A stretch of DNA of 64,000 nt from Chrysomallon squamiferum (GCA_012295275.1 CM022669.1:9300001-9364000); one strand, 5' to 3'. Counted from the stretch's first letter, positions 1-14,555 are shown. The notes: generated by a model not told the origin, from the sequence alone. Numbers and translations: made by a program.

Positions 1-449
1 CGTTTACTCGCTCGCTCTCTCTCTCTCTCTTTGAAATCTGACGACGGCCACTGCGAGCTCGTCATATCGGTGCACGTTGCTGTTAACTCGTTATTCTTCG
101 TTACAGACTTGTCAGAGATAGATTACTTCGTCTTCCTTGAAACGAAACAGACACAAAAATGAAACTGACTGCATGCATGCAAGATGGACGCATGTTTTGT
201 GTTTGATAGTGTGAACATGTTTTATTTTTTTTTTTTTTTTGCCGTGTAATATTTTAATGAAACGCCTAGTGGATTTTGTTTAAAAGAAGAATAAAGGGAA
301 GGAAAAAAAAAAAAAATATATATATATATAATTATATATTATTTATTTAGTATTTGAGAACGTTTAATCCAAAATAGTGTGTTTTGATATTATTTAAAAA
401 TAATTGCATTTGTAAATAAATGTATGTTAGTATTAGAAGAAAAATGTAT

Positions 450-484
<35 letters not shown>

Positions 485-569
485 TTTTCTACATTTTCCC
501 CGAACAAATAAAACATTATTTAATTATTATTTTACATGAATTTGTTTATTTTTTTTATTTTTTTTTTTT

Positions 570-602
<33 letters not shown>

Positions 603-1159
603 TTTATCAGAAACACTAAACTAATCTGAATGTAAACAGCTGGCACTCTGCGGTGTAACAGATACGAAAATGAAATTGATATGAAATACATTGTATATCT
701 GTTTAATAATACAGCGTCAACACCGAGTAAAAACACAGCCACGTCATCAACACCGGCAACATTCTATATCTGTCGTTTAAAAACAGGAAACGTTTTGTGT
801 ACAGGGACGTGGTTTACAGGGACGTGGTTGTCTAAAGTGTCAAGGGGCAGTTCTACATGGGTGACGTGGTACGAGTCGTTGTTGTAGTAGGAGACGTGGT
901 TGAGTTGCTGTAGTAGTGGTTGTGGTAGCTGTAGTAGTAGTGGTGATGATAATAGTAGTAACATTTTTTGTCTATGATGACGTTAATGATGTTTTGACAA
1001 TGATATTAGAAAAAGGCAACAATAATAGGACGCAGTAGTGATCGTAGTAGTAGTTGCTACTTTAGTTACAATATTAGCTGTAGCAGTAGTTGTGGTTGTT
1101 GCAGTATCGTTTTCATTTTTCTAAAACTGATGCTACAGCTGGAGTTAAATACTGCTATA

Positions 1160-1197
<38 letters not shown>

Positions 1198-1721
1198 AAT
1201 ACAATTTTGTTGTTTTCTGCGTAATCACATAATTTTTGAAATAATTACAGTGTAATTTTAATAACACGTGATACAGGACTAATCCCTTTCAGCTGATCAC
1301 GAGCTCTTTGCTCATTTCAGTCTGATGTCAATATCTGTAATCCGGTATAAAGTCGACCACGTGAGCTGTCAGTTACTTGAGATGTCCATTTCTAAGTGTC
1401 ATTATTCACAGAGGCAAGTGGAAAGAGGAACGCATCTTTATTGTGCTGAATGTAATTTTTCAAGATCCAGTCATTTCGTTTTTAAAGACTTTTCTATCAT
1501 GCATGATTCCATTTACATTTTAATTGCTATTTTATGACTGGAAATTAATATAAATCGATTTTTTTTTTTTTTTCCTTCCGAAGAAGAGAAACAAAAAAAA
1601 AAAAAAAAAAAAAACAAAAAAAAAAAAAAAGAGAGAGAGAGAGAGAAAAGAAGAAGAAATCAAGAAATAAAATAGTCAAAATGAAAGAAAGAATAACAAA
1701 ATTTATTCTTATAGTCTTCTT

Positions 1722-1772
<51 letters not shown>

Positions 1773-2192
1773 TTGTTATTCTTTTTTTTCTTTTCTTTCA
1801 TTTCCGTTTGACTAGATTATTTCTCATTTCTTATTTCTTTCTTTAGATATGATTTAAATCTAATATCGATCTGTTTTTCGCACACACATTTCAACATACA
1901 AAACCTGAATCTCAGAGATGAACTTCACGTTAAACTTAAGTCAGAAATTATTATATTTAGAAAAGTCTTAAAAGGCTTTAGACGAGAGAGGCAGCTGTAA
2001 ATAAGGAGAGGTTTATTGGAAATGTCATTAGAGACACAGTTCTCCCAGTTCTTTGTATGGATCTGTCTGACATAGAAAGTTATTTAAATATTTATGGTCT
2101 GGGAGATGTAATCAAAAATGTAATTTAAGAAAGAAAGAAAGAAAAAAAAATAACCAAAACTACATTAGACGAAGATTTCAGTCAAAGGGAGA

Positions 2193-2299
<107 letters not shown>

Positions 2300-3061
2300 A
2301 TAGCAGAGTGAAACAAAAAACTGAAGTAATGAAAGAAAGAACGACATAAATCATTTTGCAAACTAACTGTCGTACAAAAATAGAAACACACGCACGCACA
2401 CACAATTATATTAATGTAGGTAAAAATAATTAAAGAAATGAACATGTAAAAACAAGCTTATCAGAAATAAAACATTATTAGCTTTGACAACAAAAGACTC
2501 TGATGACAGATTAAGAGAGGCTGTGGTGAAATACGGTGACGATGTTGTTTTTCTGTTGATGGGAGTCAGGAACATCGGCGGCGTCCAGAGGAGCTGACAA
2601 TGCAGCTGAAAGCCAGTCTATTTCCATCACCCAGTCTGAGAGAGATCCCCGGCAAAATGTCACCAGTAATGAAAGCCATCATTCTGTTTAGCAATAAACC
2701 TGACAATGATTTCAACCCCCCCCCCGCGCCGTTCTGCTTCCCCTCCCGCCTCGGTTTCAAATTACACTGCTTAGCCAACAGACTAGAAATCATTTGTTCA
2801 TTATCCTGCACATCCCCCCACCCCTCCCTCCATCATCTCATCTCCCCAGTTCCCAGTGTAAACCTGTCTTTTAGTACATTCTGTCTAAAATGTGGTCAGG
2901 TTTGATGATGAAAAAAAAAAAAAAAAAAAAAAAAAAAATAAATAAAAAATAAAAATGAAAAATAATAAATAAATAAATAAATAAAAATGTCTTCTCTTAT
3001 ATTTTTTCTTTTCAAATGTATTTATTTATCTATTTATTTGTTTGTTTGTCTTTTTCTTTTC

Positions 3062-3092
<31 letters not shown>

Positions 3093-3836
3093 CTCATTTT
3101 GCAGTAGTATGCAAGCAGTAGAAATATTAGCTGCCCCGCCCCGCCCCCCCATCCCACCGCTCCAATCTATCCTTCCCACAATCCCTCTCTGCATAATAAA
3201 CCACTGCCATCTTGAGAGCTGATGGAATATCGATCAGGCCGGTTCCACAAGACAAAGTGATCACATTTCCTCTGTCTTTTCTTCTGTCTTATTAATTACT
3301 TCCCTGAAAACTCGCTTCGTATCTCTCTTCCAGAAAGTCGTATCTGGAGGTCAAACCAGTCGATTGCATCATTCTGTGATTTCCTTCGTTTCTAGAGAGA
3401 AACCATAAATTGCGATGAGTTTCTGGCGTCAGTGCTGGAAATAAAATTATATTACAAAGATTGATTCGTAAGAAAAAAAAAAAAGAAAAAAAAACCTGGT
3501 AAAATTTGTTTTTTAATTTCTTTTCTTCTTTCTCTCTCTCGTTCTCTCTCTCTCTCTCTGTCTGTGTGTTCATATATATAATTAGATAAAATCATGAATT
3601 TTATTTGTCTATCAAAACAGCAGTCAAGCGTATTTCATTTCAGTAAAATAAGTTAATTTTAAACAATTTAGATAGTAACGTTCGTATCACCAAATAGCTT
3701 GCTGGTTATTTCTTATAAAAAAGAGATGGAAAAAATAAAAAAAAAAAAAAAAGAAAAAAAGAAATTTAAAAAAAGAAAAAAGAGAAATATTTTAACGTAA
3801 CTGAAATGACCAAAAAAAGAAAAAAAATAAAGAAAG

Positions 3837-3867
<31 letters not shown>

Positions 3868-3990
3868 AAATCGAAAACGGAAAAAAAGGAATGAAAATAA
3901 CGAAATAAAAAAAATAAAGAAAAGTTAAACCGATAAACGATGAAGAACGAAAGAAAGAAAAAAAAGTCCTTTTTCTTAATAATAATCTCT

Positions 3991-4029
<39 letters not shown>

Positions 4030-4344
4030 TTTTTTATTTATTATTATCATTATTATTAATATACTTTTACTTTTTCTGTACCGAGTAACTAAGATGTACA
4101 GCAAACTGAAGGACTGGCTTGAGAGGAGCAAGTTAGCAAGATTAACTCGAATATCGACTGAACTTCAGGAGAGATATTTAGTGCACAACTGAACAGTCGA
4201 TCAATTACAGAAACGCACTTCACGTTTTCCTCAGTTTGACTTCGATTGATGGCAGAATTAATCATTAAAGGGACTGGCTAGTGAACTTTTCCGTGCTGAG
4301 CAGTATGAAAGATAAATAAACAAATATAAAAAAAATTTAAAAAA

Positions 4345-4439
<95 letters not shown>

Positions 4440-4888
4440 TGATAATAATAAATCACGTTTATAAAAATTTGTAATAATTTATTTTATTTTTTTACTCATC
4501 GCTTCTCTTTTTCACACGGAACACTGTAACACTTGTTTTGTTTTCGCGCCAGTATTTTGAACTCTTCTCCGCAGACGAGTTCACAGGGCGGGAAAACACA
4601 CGTGTCAGTTTACAAAATTCCCCTTTGGTGAAAAACAATTACATTTATATAATAAAACTTGAACAGTGTGGTTCGAGGTAAGACGGGGAGGGGGGGGGCC
4701 GTATCACAGGATCTAGTGAAGATCCTGTATTTATAATAAATGTAAATTACTAGTTTTTATTAAAACTTTATCTGTCTGTCATAAACGTATATATATATAT
4801 ATAACAATCGTGAAATCTGTGTCCACCATATTTGTTACAGCTGTCATTTTAGTTTTATTTTATTTTATTTCATTCTGTTATTGTTCAT

Positions 4889-4931
<43 letters not shown>

Positions 4932-4976
4932 TATATATATTTATTTATTTATTTATTATTATAATTATAATAATTA

Positions 4977-5033
<57 letters not shown>

Positions 5034-5888
5034 CCACGTCTCTGTGACTACAAGAGAACGCTATTTATAGCACGGAAAGAAAATGGCTGCAAAGTAATGT
5101 TAAACAAAAACGTTCATTTAATCTCACTCTCGCACTGTGTGTGGATGTAACAGTGTGTGCTGAGCTGAATATTTCTGTGTTCGAGTCAGCCGCCTGAAAC
5201 CCGCCCTAGAAATATGCAGAGACCCGCCCCTGTAATAACTTGATATGTTTGTGAACCGAACTGTGTACAATCTAATCTCACCTTCTCTGACACTAAACCC
5301 AGCTTAATCGACCGTGTGTCGCCTTTATTACCTTACATGCTTGTGGGTGGGGGGGAGGGTCTTTTTGTTGTTTATTTATTTATTTCAGATTCAGTGAGAA
5401 TAATTATATATTTTATTTCTGTATGTATGTATGTGTGTGTGTATGACTGCGTGTCTGTGTTGTTTTTTGTTGTTGTTGTTTTTAATTTCTGTATGTGTAT
5501 TTGTTTACATGTATGTACGCATGTATATGTTTGCATGTGTGTATTTCTAGGTATGTGTATTTTTATCTGTTTGCGTGTGGAGGTAATCGATAAATAGCTT
5601 GTGCTCATCTTAGTGTACGCACATATTTAGTAATAAAAAACACACACACACACACACACACACGTATACACACATACATTTCATTTAAATAGACTAAAGC
5701 ATAAAATAAAATTTTAAAAATTATAAGATTATATAACACCTCAGCTTATAAAATATTTGTTATTTAGTAAAAGTGTGAGCCATATTCTAATCAATATGTG
5801 TGTTTGTGTGTGTTATTTCAGCGTGCGTTAGTTTTCTTTCTTTGGGTGGATGTTTAGCAATACAGAAAACAGAGCCAGACAGACAGAC

Positions 5889-5971
<83 letters not shown>

Positions 5972-6751
5972 TGTTTCCATGTTAGAGGATGCTCTGAAAG
6001 TTACACATTCACAAAGAAACTCGTCTAAACCGAAAATCCCTCTTTAAATCGAAATTCCCCGAAACTCATTTGTCACATGACTGGAAATAAACCCCCATGT
6101 ATAATATATCCGTGTATTTCATTACATTATGTCAAGTAACTGCATATGTTTATGTTTACACGTTTGTCATTGTAAATCTATATATTTCTATAATTTTATT
6201 GTGGAATTTATTTATTTATTTATTTATTTATTTGCATTTAGAATATATTTATTGTTCTTCAGTTGTTTTGTACTGGTGTTTTATGTGTGTTTTTGTGTTT
6301 TTTATTATTCATTCTTTATTTTTTTTTTATTTTTTTTTTTTTTATTTTACCCTTTCTTCTTTCTTCTTTTATCTTCTGCTATTCAAGTTACAATATTCAT
6401 TTCCATTTAGATGACATATATAATATTCTTATCTACATTAAAGTAGAGACTGCCTTTTAGCATTACTCAGATGAAAGAGGAAATAAAAAAAAAAAAAAAT
6501 AATAATAATAATAATACAGCCATCAAAGAAAAATTACAACATTGTATTAATTTATGTAAAAAGCATATGCATGAATTATTAGGGTTTTCATTTTCTACAT
6601 GTAATCGCTTAAGGTTTTTTTTATTTTTTTTAAACTTTTTTTTTTTTTTTTTCTCCCGCTCGCTTCTTTTTAAGAGGAAAAATCTCATTGTATTCGGCTG
6701 CCCTTTCAAGTACATTCTGTCTATTTTGTCAATTACAGCAGCTGTCAAATG

Positions 6752-7089
6752 CCCAGCTTCGCAGGGTTGTCTTTCTTTCTAAACAAGACAAATTATCACG
6801 CTAAATAGGGTGCTTGGTAAAATTACATTTATTAGGAAAGTCTAATACCCTGCTTTGCAGGGCATCATCTCTATTAGTTGTAATTTACCGCTGCTGCGAA
6901 ACACCAGCTATGCAGGGTTCATCCTCTCACCGTTTTGTTTACTACAGAAGATGATAAAAATCCAGCTCTACAGGGATGGTTTCATTTCGTTTTTACATTT
7001 TCCAAAAACCAATCCGGCTTAGCAGGGATGAAGGATTTCTGTTGGATCTGTACTTTTTGGTCTGATAAATAATACCAAGCTACGCAGGG
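6752..7089. repeat. Array of 7 semi-palindromic 15-bp motifs (consensus HCMNGCT-NN-RYAGGG, ideal CCCTGC-NNN-GCAGGG) with unique spacers
   Basis: Copies start at 6752, 6796, 6848, 6903, 6961, 7013 and 7075. Eight of 15 positions are invariant, and the intervening 29-47 bp are not visibly alignable. Confidence 0.8.
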
Positions 7090-7825
7090 TGGTTAATGTC
7101 AATTTCCCCGTTGAAACCTAATCTGCGCTCGAAAATGATTAATTTATGTTTATTGCCTTATAATGGAATTTCTCGTGAATTTGATTCATAATTGTTTTAA
7201 TGGAAAATGTGTATTACGTGTTGTTTCTCTGTCATTAAAATAAACTATGAAGTTAAGGACTGCATTAATATTTAAATAAACGAACAAGTCAAATGATTTT
7301 TTTTTTTTTTGTTTTTTTTTTTTTTTTGTGTGTGTGTGTGTTGAATTTCTTATTTCCAGTTTTTATTTCTCTTTATGGATGACGGATGAAAAGAACTGTT
7401 GGTGCCGATGATCGTGTTTATGTGTGTGTGTGTGTGTGTGTCTTTGTTTTGCTTTGAATAAGCTATCAGTTTCCCTGTATAATAAGTAAACATTGTACAA
7501 ACTATCTGTCTGCGTGCAAGTGCGCACACGTGTGTGTGTGTGTGTGTGTGTTTCGTTTGTGTAATATTATATAATATTTTTTCTGCCTAATCACAAATGC
7601 TGAAAACGTTTAAACCGACGCTAGCAGATTTTCGTTGCATATGTGCATACATTTACTTCATTTCACTTCACTCACTGTCAGTAACTGATATCTTAACGAT
7701 CGTGTTTACAACGAAATGTCGGCTTCGGTTAGGAAACTGGTTTTTTTTTTTTATCTTGTGTTTTTGTTTAGTTGTAGTTTGTTGTAAGGCACTCATTTAC
7801 TTACTTATTTTACATATTTTTTGTA

Positions 7826-7870
<45 letters not shown>

Positions 7871-8568
7871 TCTAGTCACGCCTAAATTTAAATCTAAATC
7901 CTATCATTGCTTGGAGGTTTTTGTTCACATTCTAATAAGGATTCGGGTTTTGTCCTGTATAATCTTTACATTTTTTTTTTAAAATTATTTCTACTTCCTT
8001 CTATTTTTTTTTTTTTTTTTTTTCTTTTTTTACCTTTCGTTTCTTTTTTTCTTTTTTCAAATTACTATAATTTATTTGAATTTAGCTTTCTGAAATTTTA
8101 ACAATAAACCAGCAAACCGCGGCAGTTTTAGCACTCACAAACATTTCCCGCGCTCTCCCCCCGAACAAAAGACGACGACGCTAAACGAAAATTAACGATC
8201 AATTACGGGTGAGATCGGCGGTACTTCTTAATCTCCTTCAGTGATCTTGGATCTGAATGACAGACACGTTAGCTGCAGCGCAATTAGACATTAATTTGTA
8301 ATGAGGCTTTCCAATTAATAGCACAGCCATCCGTGGCGTGGCGGAGAAGCGATTTCAAAGACGCAATTTACATCGAGATTAAATGAACGCGATGAAATTA
8401 ACAACATTGTGCAAAAATACGTTAACCCTTTAATTCCTAACACAAGCTTATTATTGATTGATTGGACGGTTTTAAGCAGTAAACGGCAATTAATAAATTT
8501 TTGTTTTAATTATTACGATTATTATTATTATTATTATTATTATTACAACTAATATAAATGAATTAGTG

Positions 8569-8652
<84 letters not shown>

Positions 8653-9123
8653 GCGGAGAATGACAAACACCAAAACTATTATAACAGATTATATTCACAC
8701 ATCTCTCCTCACTTTAGTATGACGTAATTTTCAATCTGTGAAATCTGTAATTAGTACAGATAAGCTTCGGGGCTAGTTTTAGTTCCATATGTTGTCATGG
8801 TTACGTAATACATTGAACTCGTATTCTGTTACCTGTTTATTTTAGTTTATCAGAAAACGACACCAAAATTTAACAGCTACAGTTCTTTTATCCCGTATCA
8901 TATTTCTTTATTATTAAGTGCGTGTGTATCTCATGTTTATGTAAACATTTGATATGAGAACAAACACACTAATTACTTGTAAGACATGAAAAATGAGATG
9001 AATAAATGATTATTATTGTTACAAGTAAACCTTAGATTTCCGGACACATATAGACCGAAACCTCATTTAGACCAGACGAAATTCCGGTAATTAATTTTAA
9101 ATATGTTTTCTTATTTGTATTTC

Positions 9124-9162
<39 letters not shown>

Positions 9163-10169
9163 TTTCATTTCATTTCATTTCATTTCATTTCAGTTTATTT
9201 TATTTTATTTTATTTTATTCTATTTTAAATACAAAGCACGCTGTGTATGCAATTATTGAACTCTGTGTCTATTTCAGACGATTTTCCAATGAAATGGACA
9301 ACGAACCTGTTACAGGTGTACATTTCAGCACGCAGGTGTCGGCGACACGTGTCTAAATTAACACGTGATGTGAACGCGGGGACTCATAACAACAATGTCT
9401 ATTACTGTACTCTGAAATTAACAAATAAAATATTACTTGTGTTTTTTTTTGTTTTCTTTTTTTTTCTTTTTCTTTTTTTTATTATTTATTTATTTCTGAA
9501 TTTTTACTTACTTTTCTTTCTTTTCTTTAATTTTATTTTCTTTTATACCTCAGTTTATTTTAAAACTATTTCATCTCAATTGTCATTTTAATTTAAAATT
9601 ATCTCATTTCAGTCAGTTATCAACAACCATTTTCAAATTATTTCATCTATTTTTCCATTCTAATCTTTCAAAGCATTCCAAAAACCATTTCGTATTAACA
9701 CACACCACATATTCAACCTCAGAACGGTGCGTTAATAACAACAAAAGTAACGGATACTGAAACAAACACGAGAAATGGACATCGCTGAGACAAGCCATCA
9801 CGCTGTTAATTAGTGAACATCGAAACTTAATAATCAACGCTGGGAAAAAGTCGTCAGCTGAACTTGTACGTTTCACTTGCTTTGATGGGCAGCCGCTCGT
9901 TAATGGTTTCCATCTGTCTTAGAGCTTGTTCCATTTCCATTCAGCTCGTGCTGTTTGGCGCTGAAATTAGCATGCGATAATCGACCGCGGTCTTGTGAGG
10001 GGAGCGCAGGTGCCGAGTTTGTGAAATGTAAAACGCTTCTGCTGAAATCAGCCCAGCTTAGAGCCGGCTAGAATTAACAGCAGATTTGTTGTTCAGGCTG
10101 CGAGCGACTGATCATATTGTTTGTTATTGTTGTTGTTGTTGTTGTTTTTGATATTACTATGTGTATTCT

Positions 10170-10342
10170 ATTTGTTATTATTATTATTATTATTATTTTG
10201 TTTATTATTAATTATTATAGTTATCGTCATCATCATCATCATTATTATCATTATTATTATTTTATTATTATTATTATTATTATTTTGTTTATTATTAATT
10301 GTCATATTTATTATTATTACTTTTGTTATCATCATCATCATC

Positions 10343-10408
<66 letters not shown>

Positions 10409-10475
10409 TTGTTTATTATTAATTGTCATATTTATTATTATTACATTTGTTATTATCATCATCGTCATAATTATT
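10170..10475. repeat. Compound (ATT)n/(ATC)n microsatellite with duplicated linkers
   Basis: TTTTGTTTATTATTAATT(GTCATATTTATTATTATTAC) recurs between trinucleotide tracts. Confidence 0.85.
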
Positions 10476-11123
10476 AGTAGTAGTAGTAATAGTAGAAATA
10501 TTGCTATAATTACTTTTATTATTGTTGCTGTAGTTGTCGTTGTTGTTGTTGTTTTTAGTGATTCCACTTACAGTAAGATAACAATGATCAAATCATTTCT
10601 GATTCTGGAAGTGGCAGATGTTCTCCTGGGTTAACTGACTGTCTGATGTTGGTTTCTCTGAAAGCGAAAGTAAAAAAAAAAAAACTGACTCAAATTTGAC
10701 TGATAAAAAAACATTATTTCATATTAACACCATACTGACAGACGTGAAATGAATTTCGTGTTTCTGTCGATATATATATATTTTTTTTTTTTTTTTTTTT
10801 TTATAATATTTCACTATTGCGACATTTCAAGTTACCTGACATGTGAAGCTGATTTCTGCGACGTTGTTGACGTCACTCACAACTCCCCACCTTGCTCATG
10901 TCTTTCTTTTAGTCAACACCGCCATATCATTTACAGTTATACGTGAGTAAATCTACAAAACAAAATCTACGTTGACCTTTAAATATTGACCAGATAGCAA
11001 AGTGTGCATTATACAGCTGGAATTAAACAAATAAATAAAATTGATGTAGTAACGGTAGTAGTAGTAATTGTTGTTGTTGTTGTAACATGTTGAAGTAGTG
11101 TCAGTGTACAAACATGAACAACA

Positions 11124-11179
11124 CTGGCACGTCGTAAATTAACACAGTGGTCTCACTGTGTTAATTTATGACGTGCCAG
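11124..11179. repeat. Inverted repeat / hairpin: 26-bp arms, 4-nt loop
   Basis: CTGGCACGTCGTAAATTAACACAGTG-gtct-CACTGTGTTAATTTATGACGTGCCAG; 25/26 Watson-Crick pairs plus one G.T. Confidence 0.92.
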
Positions 11180-11564
11180 CTCTGTCCGGTAGCCAGGGAC
11201 ACGTTGTGACGTAATAACAGTGAGGTATTGTTATTACGTAATGTCTTTCACACAACGTCTTCTGTTGGAAGTGAATCTATTGTTAACATTAATTAACAGA
11301 AAACATGACAGCGGTTTGAAATGTACATTTATATTCGTGTTTTCTGTGACTGGCTGGAATTTCTTCTTTTTCTTTGTATTATTATTAGTAGTAGTAATAG
11401 TAGCAATAATATTGTTGTTTTTTTTTTTTTTTTTTTAATAATAATCTTAATATTGTTATTATTATTATTGCTCTTGCCGCTATTACTAATCATAATTACT
11501 AATTCGTCTATTTTCTTCTTTTTTAATTGTCGTTATTTAAAAAAATTATATCAGATAATAACAC

Positions 11565-11652
<88 letters not shown>

Positions 11653-12187
11653 TGTTGAATACAGTAATATAATAAATTATTTTGAAAAAAGAGGGGAAAA
11701 AAAAAAACTAATGTTATATATCTATCAAACTCTTGAAAGTTTTAAATACTAATCTGTAAGTTATGTAAACAAGATAAAACAGAGGTGCGTGTTTTGAATG
11801 TTTGCCAGTCACAAAATTTCAATTTCACATTTAATGAAACCCGCCAAACAAAACCTGACAATTGATTAATGTGTACATTTTACATGCCGTGATCGATTTC
11901 AGTAAACAGTTATTTGTTAATGGAAATATACACAAATTGATATTCATACATACAGACAGCCGTTCACTCATACACTATAATGTACACACTCCAGATACGC
12001 ACAAAAACATTATACACATGCATTCATTCATACATACATACATACAAACACAACATATACTCATAACACGACAAATATAAATATAAATGTAAATACAAAT
12101 ATATGCAGGCTTATGCATTCAGATAGCTTTCAGCATATTCTATGTTCGTGTATCTATTTATCAACACTGAACAAAAATGTATATATA

Positions 12188-12230
<43 letters not shown>

Positions 12231-13448
12231 TTTATTTATGCATGTATTCAAATTAAAACAGAAATTAAAATGCAGTATCTGTTACACTGCAAACACACGC
12301 TGCATCCATGACTATTAAACCGGGAGTACGGAGATCGAACCAAAAAAAATAATAATAATAAAATAAATAAATAAAAAATAAAAATAAAAATAAAAACGAA
12401 TGTAATGTTTTATTGATCGGAATAAAATGCCAGTTAACATGAAATGATAGAAGCAGGATAACGATGCGATATAGAAACGCGTCGATTAAGCTGCCAGTGC
12501 GTTCTGTGTGAACCAATTACAGAGATTTCAATCGTCTGCAAAGCTAATCTGCCAGGAGGAGTTTCTACGATTTTTTCTCTCTCGGCCTCGTAACTTTAAT
12601 ATTCACTCGAATTCGTAATTAGTATTATTTTAATTGTGTAAATATTGACTCGTACAAACTGTTGTTTGAACTGTAAAGTGTACACATTTTAATGTAAGTA
12701 AATAATTAGGTAAATAAATAGAGAAATAAAGAAGGAAGGAAGGAAAGAATGAAACTGAATTTAACATATAAAATATCACAGAGCAAATGAAATTAAACTA
12801 ATAATAATAACAACAGAAACAACAGTAACAATAATAATAACAATTATAAATTTTATAAATTTTATCAAATTAAAAACAGAAAAGAAAAAGAAAAAGAGAA
12901 AAAAAAAAAGAGAATAAGAACAAATAAGAAGGAAAAAATAAATAAAATTATTTAAGCACACAATAAATTCATTAAAAACAAAAAAAAAAAACCACAGTTT
13001 AATTGTTACAAAACGACAGACAGAACAAAAGACTTGTATAAATGGTGCATTTCCTTTTTAAAGAAATATTTATTTATATCTAGTTTCTGTCACATCTGAT
13101 GTTAAACGCAATCAACAAATCCGACAGGGTTAAAATCCTTTTTTCCCAAAAAAAAAAACCTGTAATTTTCACTTGCTGTTTGTGGTTTACAATGTAAAAA
13201 TGATGTTAGCATTCTTTTTTAATCATCGATTTCATGTCACAAGTTTTCATCGCTCGCTTTTCAATTCCCTTGTCAGTTTCAAAGAGAAATAGAGTTGCGT
13301 GATACAACAAGTCACGTGACCCCGTTGACGATAGATCAATACTGGAATATAAAAAAAATATGCTGTAGTACATTTCAGTATGGAAAACCGGTGTCATGTT
13401 ATTTGTTAACAGGTGTAGAATATTGATCTATTTATTTATTTATTTATT

Positions 13449-13483
<35 letters not shown>

Positions 13484-13489
<6 letters not shown>

Positions 13490-13533
13490 CACCATATTTA
13501 ATTTTCAATAATGACACCATATTTAATTTTCAA
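13484..13533. repeat. 25-bp tandem duplication TAATGACACCATATTTAATTTTCAA x2
   Basis: Exact adjacent duplication next to an (AAT)n tract. Confidence 0.85.
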
Positions 13534-13548
13534 AAATCCTTTTTCTCT

Positions 13549-13635
<87 letters not shown>

Positions 13636-14504
13636 TGTCTCTGTTTTTCTCTCTTTTATTTGTTTTTCTCATTCACTCGGAGTGTATCTCTCTCTCTCTC
13701 TCTCTCTCTTTCCCTCTTTTACTATCAATTGAACATCAACAAGCAAACGTGAAAAACACAAAATGAAATGTAAACGAATCAGCCTGCTGAGTGCAGATTC
13801 TAAACAAACATCTGGGCAGAACTCGACATGCTGCGGGCGTTTTTCAATAGTCTACAACATTTGCACTCTCCACCGAAGTACTATAAGTGCCGCAAAGACT
13901 CACAGAACCCCCGGTAATGACCGCCATAAGTAATTCAATAGCGTGCTTGCCATTAAGTTGGTTTAAAACGTCTGAGAGAGTCGGAAAAAACACAAATTTT
14001 CTCCACTGGTTCATTCCAGTACGTTGTCATAGAAATCAATGATTAATTACGGGGGGCATGTTTAAAGTAAGTAATGCAAAAATATTCGATATCAGAGAAA
14101 GAAAGAAAGAAAGAAAGAAGATTTCAGGATAATAGAAAAGAAAAAAAAAATTAAAGATATGCTTGAGAAAAAAAAAAAAAAAAAGAAAATAAATTAATAG
14201 ATTCAATTTTTTTTTTTTTTTAAATGTGAAAAATGCATTAACGGAAGGAGAAGAAAAAAGGATAAATGAATTACTGAGAGGGGGGAGACAGAAAGAAAAA
14301 AAAAAAAATGAAAGAGAAATTAATTAGAGAAAAGAAATGTACAGAGATGTATTGACTGACAAGCAGTAACAGGTGTGGGTCTAACAGTTTTTACAGAGGA
14401 GGTTGTCAGGTCTGTAAATACAAAAACACCTAACGAGCTAATGAGAAATAGCCGGTTTCATATTATTATTGCTATTATTATTATTGTTATTGTTATTGTT
14501 ATTA

Positions 14505-14555
<51 letters not shown>

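Noticed and set aside
4702-4728. Hairpin ACAGGATCT-agtga-AGATCCTGT, resembling the pUC/pBR322 GGATCTAGGTGAAGATCCT segment and beginning with a miR-2-like TATCACAG
   Set aside because: The similarity is under 20 nt with a gap and no vector flanks, the stem is too short for a pre-miRNA, and the sequence diverges from miR-2 after 8 nt.
6752-7089. Calling the repeat-spacer array a CRISPR
   Set aside because: Repeats are only 15 bp and degenerate, spacer lengths vary widely, no cas genes are present, and the context is intron-containing animal DNA. Kept as a motif array.
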